Of a stretch of DNA of 64,000 nucleotides, positions 58,501 through 64,000 are shown piece after piece. Numbering within the stretch: the stretch's first letter is position 1; each line of letters begins with the position of its first letter. Source of the stretch: Polyangiaceae bacterium. GTDB lineage: Bacteria; Myxococcota_A; Polyangia; Polyangiales; Polyangiaceae. Location: NCBI GenBank assembly GCA_044222475.1, contig JBGANF010000015.1, positions 28,963-92,962 on the forward strand, given 5' to 3'. A program made the position numbers and the translations under genes. Below the pieces are notes generated by a model. The model made no database searches and was not told the DNA's origin. It saw nothing but the letters and a program-made list of their open reading frames with translations.

Positions 58501-58799
58501 TCGAACACCGCGCGCATGTCCTTGCCGTTCACGTACTCGAACGCGATGTAGTAGTGGATGCCGACCTGTCCGAAGTCGAGCATGCGCGCGATGTGAGGAT
58601 GCTCGAGCTGCCGCGCGACGCGCGCCTCGTCCTCGAACATCTGGATGAAGTCTTCGTCCTCCGCGATCTGCGGGAGGATGCGCTTGAGCGCGACGATGGT
58701 GCCGCGCTCGGTGTCGCGCGCACGAAACACCTCGGCCATGCCCCCCGCGCTGATGCGGTCGAGAAGCTCGAATCGGCCGAAGCGCTGCGGCGTGCTCAA
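55593..58799 (-). CDS. Hanks-type Ser/Thr kinase with Pro/Gln-rich linker, TM and PEGA domains
   Basis: GGMAEVF, VALKR, HRDVSPQN, DFGIAK and YMSPEQ; TM helix then PEGA repeats; probable TTG start at 58799. Confidence 0.92.
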   Translation of the reverse strand: MSTPQRFGRFELLDRISAGGMAEVFRARDTERGTIVALKRILPQIAEDEDFIQMFEDEARVARQLEHPHIARMLDFGQVGIHYYIAFEYVNGKDMRAVFDRAVKLNQPLPLPFLLYVFSRIGEGLSYAHARKDKDGAPVSIVHRDVSPQNIVVSFDGDVKLIDFGIAKAAGKLSRTAVGTIKGKFGYMSPEQIRGLDVDQRTDVFSLGICMWELLTLKRLFQAENELLVLEKIRNYVIPPVSSINPSVPAELDRIVMKALAKDTSERYRQTRDLFRDLNVLSQGLAVQASRDDIAKIMRDAFPDAANRFGDAQSKDGSSSLGYNSGASTPSTQGGAPQQSSGEPRRQETMAADNKGSDLDIFEGLGKKGPGPSAPAPPGPPSGKSAVPPAPPSADLGKKTLLGIAAPANRVVPPPSAPPARPSSALPAVSAPPQKSNPPPPAATRPAPYNNAGGAAAGPGMDMDWDDEDEATHIFDKEESQAGPAPRAPGPAAGMPAAAAPVPSPPMTAPLPPGGRASGAPPPPPPPGGNLAMQRTMAMNAPPPPPPGTNVGGFGPPAPPSSVGSAFARASGGTAQQGPSANAMTMPLGASNPLPPPTIDPLANQVETVPLQMPPTPYQQIHIQAQPAFPPSPQGYPAPNQGMQQQQQMPMNQGQMPMQQQQQMPMNQGQMQQQQQMPPRNMEATALVRPSGGGSKAGLIIGLFVVFLLLAGGAAAAYWFVIMPKTGNVAINVVDQKGGAVSGLKVMVDGKEVCQSSPCIVRDVTAGPHEVKVAADGFDAPAPKAFSVERGKDTQLDLTMTGGKGTGIKVTGTQPGVKLSIDGKEIGALPQELHELQPGDYNLKFTGSDRYAPLDKKVTVTKGEVTDLGNITLKVVKGKATVTLGTDGAKVSMVSSKGDRRDLPRLPISLEIDPVKDGTWTIEASKFGYEDYKQPITFDDGQAEKVFNVQLDQKGAKPPPTATQTATVVRPPPTGTTTTTATVTATATNTVKPPAGQGTLAVINAVPMSGTVVVLDGKPLGPVPKKDISVSAGSHTLLFINSEQGLKKTVTVTVNSGETKNVIAKLSE
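56768..56878. repeat. Coding repeat (QQQQQMPMNQGQM)n
   Basis: Three CAG-rich blocks with duplicated CATCTGCCCCTGGTTCATGGGCATCTGCTG. Confidence 0.85.
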
Positions 58800-58854
58800 G
58801 TGCCCGAATCCTTGTACCTTCCAGGGTCGCCTTAGGAAAGCGGAAAGCGGCGAT

Positions 58855-61506
58855 TCAAGGCGTTCCGGGGGTCCCGCCGTCGCCACCGGCACCCGCGTCT
58901 TGGGGGGGCTTCGGCCGGTTGAAGTACCGCACCCGCTGGCTCTGCAGCGGCTGCCACGTGTTCGGGCCGACGACCGGCGTGTCGAAGTACATCTTGGCCG
59001 CCGGGGTCGTCCCGCGGACGAGGCGAGCGACGAGCCCAGTCGGCGGTACCGTGGCCGCTTCGCCTCGCGAGTCGAGCGTTCCGCCCGGCAGCATGCGGCT
59101 CGCCGAGACGACCGCCAAGCGGGTGGAGCATCCCGCGCGGCGGAGCAGATCGCTCATCGCCGCGCGCGTGTCGTCGCCGACGGCGACGTGCTCGTCGAGC
59201 TCGACCCAGACGAGCATGCCGTCCTCGTCGTCGATGCCGGCGGCGACGTGCGAAGGCGCGCTCGTCTCGAGCGGTGCGACGAGCGCGAGAGGGAGGCCGG
59301 TGTCGCTGACCTCGGCGACGAACGCGCCGCTCGACCCGAAGCGGAGCGCGCGCTGCCCGCTCTTCAGGCTCGGCGGATCGGTGAAGACGGCGATCGTCGG
59401 CGTCGTCTCGGTCGTGCCTGGGCTGCCGGCCGCGCGCAGCGTGCGCGGGTCGAGCTTGACGACGTGGAAGCGGGCGTCCGGTCGTGCCGCCGAAGCTCGC
59501 AGGTCGGTCAACGCCATCGCATACGGGAAGCCGTGCTGAGGCAGCCCCTTCGTCCGCCAGATGCCCTCGTTCGGCTCCGCGGGCTCGACGGCCGACGCGA
59601 CGCTGGCGCCCGGGAGCTCGGGCCGGCGCGTGAGGTAGAAGAAGTCGCGCCCGTCGAGGTGGATGTACTGGGGGAAGTTCTGCTCGACCATCCCGCGGAT
59701 CATGCGCCGCGCGCGGTAGTGGAAATCGGGGAGCTGCTTGAACGTGCCCTCGTACTCCCAGTCGGCTTGAAGCGGCCGGCCGAGCGGCTTCCACGTCGCC
59801 GAGGGACCGACGGAGAAGAACTCGAAGCCGACGAGCCCGGGGTTCATGTCGAGGTGTACCGAATAGGTACAACGCGCGGCTTGCATCGTCTTCGCGAGCA
59901 CGTCGGCGGCGATGTCGGTGCCGTAGAAGTACCCGACGTAGCTCTCCTTCGTGAGGCAGATGCCACTGCGTGTAGTGTGCACGTTATCTTGCCAGCCCGG
60001 CGGCGTGCCGCCCCACCAGGTGCGACCCCACGGGTTGAACTTCTCGTGCTCGAGGAGCGCGGTGAGGTTCTGGCGGTAGCTGAGGACGTCGTCGGGGACG
60101 TCGGTGTTGGCCGGCCACGATCCGAACGCGGTCGTGCCGTCGCGGAGCTCGAGCACGGTGGCCGCGTACGGCTTCGGCGGGAGGTACAAGACGCCGTTCG
60201 CCTGCATGCCGTACTCGCCGTGCACCGCCTGGAAGCCGCCGTTGAAGCCGCCGACGACCTTGCGCAGCACCTCCGGCACGCGCGGGATGAGGCCGGGGCC
60301 CGCTTCGCCGGTGGCGCTGAGCGGCTCGACGGTTCCGGCTTCCATGTGGAGCGCGATCTGCCGGGGATCCCACAGCGTCACGTACACGCGCGACGTGACG
60401 CGATCCTTCTCCGCGCGGAGGAAGGACGTCACGAACGCGCTCGGGACGCCGTTCGCCGGCGTGATGAACGGGTCGTCGTCGAGGGCGATCCATTTGCCTT
60501 CGCCGGCGAGCGGCGGCGTCACGAGGGGCGTCATCGGATCGGGCGGCCATCCGATCTCGGGATCGACGAACGTCGGCTTCGTGCCCTTGCCGAGATCACC
60601 GAGATCCTCCGCGACCGCGGCGGCGGCGTCGGCGTCGTTCGAGAAGCGACCCTTCACGCGCAGCACCCAATCGAGACCGGTGAACGCGACCGCCTTGAGG
60701 ACCTGCATGTTGTCCTCGCCGAACCACGGCATGCCGCGCACGCGATCGACGCTCCACGTGACGAGGTTGCCGGGGCGCGCCTTGGTGGCGTCGGCGGTGA
60801 CGCGGACCCACCCCGAGCCTTCGATCGCCGCAGGCGTCTTCGCGTCGAGGAGGAGGCGTCGGTCGTCGGCCGTCACCGCGAGCTTCCCGTCCTCGCGGAA
60901 CGAGAGCTTCACGTCGTCCGCCACCGGATCGAGCGAGAACACGTGGTGCAGGATGCCGTTCTTGCTGCCGGTGACCTGGAGGTTGGTCAGCTCGGTCTGC
61001 AGCTTCTGAACGCGGGTGAAGCCCTCGTACTCGTCGACGCTGCGACCGTCGAGATCGATCACGTGGACCGAGGTTCGCACGTCGCCCGCGCTCGCGACGT
61101 ACGCGAGGAGGGAGCCGTTTCGCACCGGCCGATCTTCGTCGACGGCGTTCGTGCGCGTGAGGTCGTAGATGCTCCCGAGATCGAGGAGCACGCCCTCGGG
61201 CGACAGGCGGCCCTCCACGATGTAGATGTCGGCCGGCTCGCCCTCGGCGTGGGCGCGCACGACGGCGCGCGCGTGACCGAAGAGCGCGCCCCGCACGCCG
61301 CTCGGACCGTCGAGCCACTGCACGTCGTCCTTGGTCGTGAGCGTGCCCTTCTGAGCGAGCGCGGCGACCAGCGCGCTCGATCGATCGTCGGCTGACGATC
61401 CGGCGCTCGCCCGGCCTCTCACGAGCGCATACGCGAGCGCGAGCGCGAACGGGACGGGCCGAACGAGCGGACCGGTCAGGTGACGGAGGAGGCGACTACG
61501 GGACAT
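58855..61506 (-). CDS. Large exported protein with phosphodiester glycosidase (NAGPA)-like domain
   Basis: N-terminal hydrophobic segment; FNGGFQ, TRSGIC and VHLDMN resemble the NGGFF, PRTAIG and NLDGG motifs. Confidence 0.6.
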   Translation of the reverse strand: MSRSRLLRHLTGPLVRPVPFALALAYALVRGRASAGSSADDRSSALVAALAQKGTLTTKDDVQWLDGPSGVRGALFGHARAVVRAHAEGEPADIYIVEGRLSPEGVLLDLGSIYDLTRTNAVDEDRPVRNGSLLAYVASAGDVRTSVHVIDLDGRSVDEYEGFTRVQKLQTELTNLQVTGSKNGILHHVFSLDPVADDVKLSFREDGKLAVTADDRRLLLDAKTPAAIEGSGWVRVTADATKARPGNLVTWSVDRVRGMPWFGEDNMQVLKAVAFTGLDWVLRVKGRFSNDADAAAAVAEDLGDLGKGTKPTFVDPEIGWPPDPMTPLVTPPLAGEGKWIALDDDPFITPANGVPSAFVTSFLRAEKDRVTSRVYVTLWDPRQIALHMEAGTVEPLSATGEAGPGLIPRVPEVLRKVVGGFNGGFQAVHGEYGMQANGVLYLPPKPYAATVLELRDGTTAFGSWPANTDVPDDVLSYRQNLTALLEHEKFNPWGRTWWGGTPPGWQDNVHTTRSGICLTKESYVGYFYGTDIAADVLAKTMQAARCTYSVHLDMNPGLVGFEFFSVGPSATWKPLGRPLQADWEYEGTFKQLPDFHYRARRMIRGMVEQNFPQYIHLDGRDFFYLTRRPELPGASVASAVEPAEPNEGIWRTKGLPQHGFPYAMALTDLRASAARPDARFHVVKLDPRTLRAAGSPGTTETTPTIAVFTDPPSLKSGQRALRFGSSGAFVAEVSDTGLPLALVAPLETSAPSHVAAGIDDEDGMLVWVELDEHVAVGDDTRAAMSDLLRRAGCSTRLAVVSASRMLPGGTLDSRGEAATVPPTGLVARLVRGTTPAAKMYFDTPVVGPNTWQPLQSQRVRYFNRPKPPQDAGAGGDGGTPGTP

Positions 61507-61653
61507 CTCGTGAAAGGAAACGCACGCTAGCGGCCGGGCCATTCGCCGACAACGTCGAATGCCGGGCTGCCAACCAAGTTGACGGTCGGGACCCCAAACA
61601 CCTTGAAATCATCGATGAGCGTTCCGGTACGAGATGTGCTACGCCGTTGGCAG

Positions 61654-62010
61654 ATGGTTCGTCGTCGCTTCTTCGCATGGGTGCTCGCCGCCCCGCTGGC
61701 GCTTTCGCTCGCGTGCAACAGCCCCACGCTGCCGCTGCCGCCGCCGGCGCTACCGACGATCTCGGCCAGCCCCGAGCCGGGCAAGGTGCACCTCAACTCC
61801 GACCGCGGAGCCGAACCGAACGCGATCATCGTCATCATCAACACGAACCCGAACATCACGCGCGACAAGAACGTCGGCGGCGCCACCGCGGACGACAACG
61901 GCTCGTGGTTCACCGACGTGTACGGTGCCGACGGCGACGTCCTCGAGATCTCGCAGGAGTTCGGCACGACGAAGAGCGCGCCGGTGCGCGTCACCGTCCG
62001 CACGAAGTGA
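61654..62010 (+). CDS. Small lipoprotein
   Basis: MVRRRFFAW...SLAC, PTLPLPPP, beta-rich C-terminus. Confidence 0.75.
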   Translation: MVRRRFFAWVLAAPLALSLACNSPTLPLPPPALPTISASPEPGKVHLNSDRGAEPNAIIVIINTNPNITRDKNVGGATADDNGSWFTDVYGADGDVLEISQEFGTTKSAPVRVTVRTK

Positions 62011-62011
62011 G

Positions 62012-63394
62012 TCAGGGGACCACGCGGAGCGCGCGGCGCTTCGGCTTTGGCGCGGGGCGATCGGCGTCGACGATCTCGCCGACGAGATCGTAGTCGCTCG
62101 CCTGCGAGATCCGAACGCGGCGCACTTCGCCGGTGCGCGCTTCGCCGCCCGAGAGGTAGACCTTGCCGTCGATCTCGGGCGCCTGCCCGCGGTGGCGCCC
62201 CTCGACGACGAACTCGTGCTCGTCGCTCTCGCCGTCGACGAGGACGTCGACCTCGGTGCCGACGAGCGCGCGGTTCTTCCGCTTCGAGATCCCGCGCTGC
62301 AGCGACATGAGCTTGCGATGGCGCGCCGCGATCGTCTTCGCGGCGACCTTGCCGTCTTGCGCGAAGCTCTGCGACGTCTCCTCGTCGGAGTACTTGAAGA
62401 CGCCCATGCGCTCGAACTCGGCCCAGGTCACGAAGTCGACGAGCTCGGCGAAGTCTTTCTCGGTCTCGCCGGGGTGCCCGACGATGAACGCGGTGCGAAA
62501 CGTGAGACCGGGGATCTTCTCGCGCATGCGCGCGACGACCCGGCGCTGGCGATCGTTCGTCGAGCCGCGCTTCATGCGCTTCAGCATCGCGTCCGAGGCG
62601 TGCTGCAGCGGCATGTCGACGTAGGGCGCGACGTGGGGGTGCTGACTCAGTAGCTCCAAGAACTCTTCGTCGATGGTCTCGGGATACAGGTAGAATACAC
62701 GTACCCAGGCGAGGCCCTTCACGTCGGCGACGCGGCGGACGAGCTCGGCGAGGGACTTGCGCTCGGCTTTGTCGAGGTCGCGCCCGTACGCGATGGTGTC
62801 TTGGGAGACGAGGTTGAGCTCCCGCACGCCCTGGGAGACGAGCTGCTCGGCCTCGCGCACGACGTCGCTCACGCTGCGCGAGCGTTGCTTGCCGCGGAGA
62901 TCCGGGATGACGCAGAACGAGCAGCTGCGGTTGCAGCCCTCGGCGATCTTCAGGTACGCGCTCGCGCGCGGCCCGGTGACGATGCGCGGGTCGCTGGCCT
63001 TGATGACCCACTCGGCCGGGTTGCCGACGAGCATGCGGTCCGCTTTGCCGGCGAGCACGGACTCGAGCTTGAGCATGTCGCTCGAGCCGAGGAAGTGATC
63101 GACCTCGGGCATCTGGGTCGAGAGCTCGGTCGGGTAGCGCTGCGAGAGGCAGCCGGCGACGACGAGCTTCTCGCACGCGCCGTGCTCCTTCATCGCCGAC
63201 AGCTCGAAGATGGTCTCGATCGATTCCTTCTTCGCCTCGCCGATGAACCCGCAGGTGTTGACGACGATGACTTCGGCGGCCTCCGCGTCGGTCGTGATCT
63301 CGTAGCCCGACCGGGACGCGACGCCGAGCATGACCTCGCTGTCGACCTTGTTCTTGGGACAGCCGAGGCTGACGAAGTGGATCTTCTTCTTCAA
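62012..63394 (-). CDS. rimO: Ribosomal protein S12 methylthiotransferase
   Basis: SLGCPKNKVDSE, NTCGFI, GC, radical SAM CNRSCSFC and TRAM domain with APEIDG. Confidence 0.96.
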   Translation of the reverse strand: MKKKIHFVSLGCPKNKVDSEVMLGVASRSGYEITTDAEAAEVIVVNTCGFIGEAKKESIETIFELSAMKEHGACEKLVVAGCLSQRYPTELSTQMPEVDHFLGSSDMLKLESVLAGKADRMLVGNPAEWVIKASDPRIVTGPRASAYLKIAEGCNRSCSFCVIPDLRGKQRSRSVSDVVREAEQLVSQGVRELNLVSQDTIAYGRDLDKAERKSLAELVRRVADVKGLAWVRVFYLYPETIDEEFLELLSQHPHVAPYVDMPLQHASDAMLKRMKRGSTNDRQRRVVARMREKIPGLTFRTAFIVGHPGETEKDFAELVDFVTWAEFERMGVFKYSDEETSQSFAQDGKVAAKTIAARHRKLMSLQRGISKRKNRALVGTEVDVLVDGESDEHEFVVEGRHRGQAPEIDGKVYLSGGEARTGEVRRVRISQASDYDLVGEIVDADRPAPKPKRRALRVVP

Positions 63395-63431
63395 GACGGG
63401 CCTGATCTAGCGCGAAACGGGGTTAAGGCGA

Positions 63432-63920
63432 ACCAAGACTTCGGGAGGTGCGTTGCATCTGGAGTGAGGGCGAAACTGGAAGGGGGCTTCGCATCTGGAG
63501 TGAGGGCGAAACTGGGAGGGTGCTTCGCATCTGGGTCAGGGTGAAACTGGGAGGGTGCTTCGCATCGGGAGTGAGTTGCGAGACGCCGGCGTAGTTCACT
63601 CTAGTAAGGGGGATATGCATCCCCCTCGGCGCTACGCGCCTCACCCCAGCGGGCTCGGGACCGCGTTCGCGGTCCCGACCCGGAGAGCCCCACGAAGTGG
63701 GGCCCCCCACTGGCGTGGAGCCCACGGGGTGGGTCGAGGGGACTGCTAGGGTGCCCACGTACCAAGGTGGGACGAGACTTCAGGGGGTGCTTCGCATCTG
63801 GAGTGGCTCCGAGACGCTCGCCTCTCGGTGAAGTCTTGTCCCAACCCTGGTGCGCAGCACCCTCCGAAGTCTTGGTCTGACTTCCAAGCTTGGAGGCCGG
63901 GGGGAGAGGGGGGCGGCAGC
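63432..63920. repeat. Dispersed modular repeat, locus D, with terminal inverted repeats
   Basis: Three to four 35-36-bp units, then core 63554-63780; ACCAAGACTTCGG at 63432 is inverted at 63864-63876. Confidence 0.95.
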
Positions 63921-63927
63921 TGACCAT

Positions 63928-64000
63928 TCATCGCATCTTCTCGACGTTGCCCATTCCCTCAGCGAGAATTGCCACCTTCGCCAAGCCGCGAGCGACCACG
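63928..64000 (-). CDS. 3' end of an unknown gene entering from the right edge
   Basis: Minus strand ...VVARGLAKVAILAEGMGNVEKMR*. Confidence 0.35.
   Translation of the reverse strand, partial: VVARGLAKVAILAEGMGNVEKMR

Noticed and set aside
63432..63570. CRISPR array (about 36-bp periodic repeats; also at 18868-19000 and 20203-20348)
   Set aside because: Units are head-to-tail with no unique spacers, only 3-4 copies, degenerate, and there are no cas genes in the window

Overview
High-GC (roughly 70% by eye) bacterial chromosome segment, most likely a myxobacterium of the Polyangiaceae/Sorangiineae type. This is inferred from gene content: PEGA-domain Ser/Thr kinase, PP2C, lipoprotein ferritin-like protein, large type IVa pilins and a stand-alone SctV/FlhA. 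It is mostly core genome (rnr fragment, ybeY, HU, lnt, pheA-aroA-cmk-rpsA, ddl, hutI, rimO, a CUT2 ABC transporter) with accessory loci. The main observations are: (1) a modular non-coding repeat family at four loci (about 3.7-4.1, 18.9-19.5, 20.0-20.35 and 63.4-63.9 kb), built from 35-38-bp tandem units and a ~230-bp hairpin core with compensatory changes, with two inverted copies bracketing an orphan gene; (2) a sigma54/PilR-type pilin locus with four DxDGxG-motif pilins interleaved with three GT-C-type membrane proteins, two of them TMTC-like (candidate pilin glycosylation system), preceded by a Ser/Thr kinase rather than PilS; (3) a 56-aa membrane-protein gene, absent from the ORF track, lying antisense under the wzy 3' end; (4) a NarM-like/degenerate-MoaC/TM fusion inside the aro operon; (5) a probable internal restart within the kinase gene. 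No tRNA, rRNA, CRISPR array or transposase was recognised. All family calls come from motifs recognised by eye; no database searches were run.
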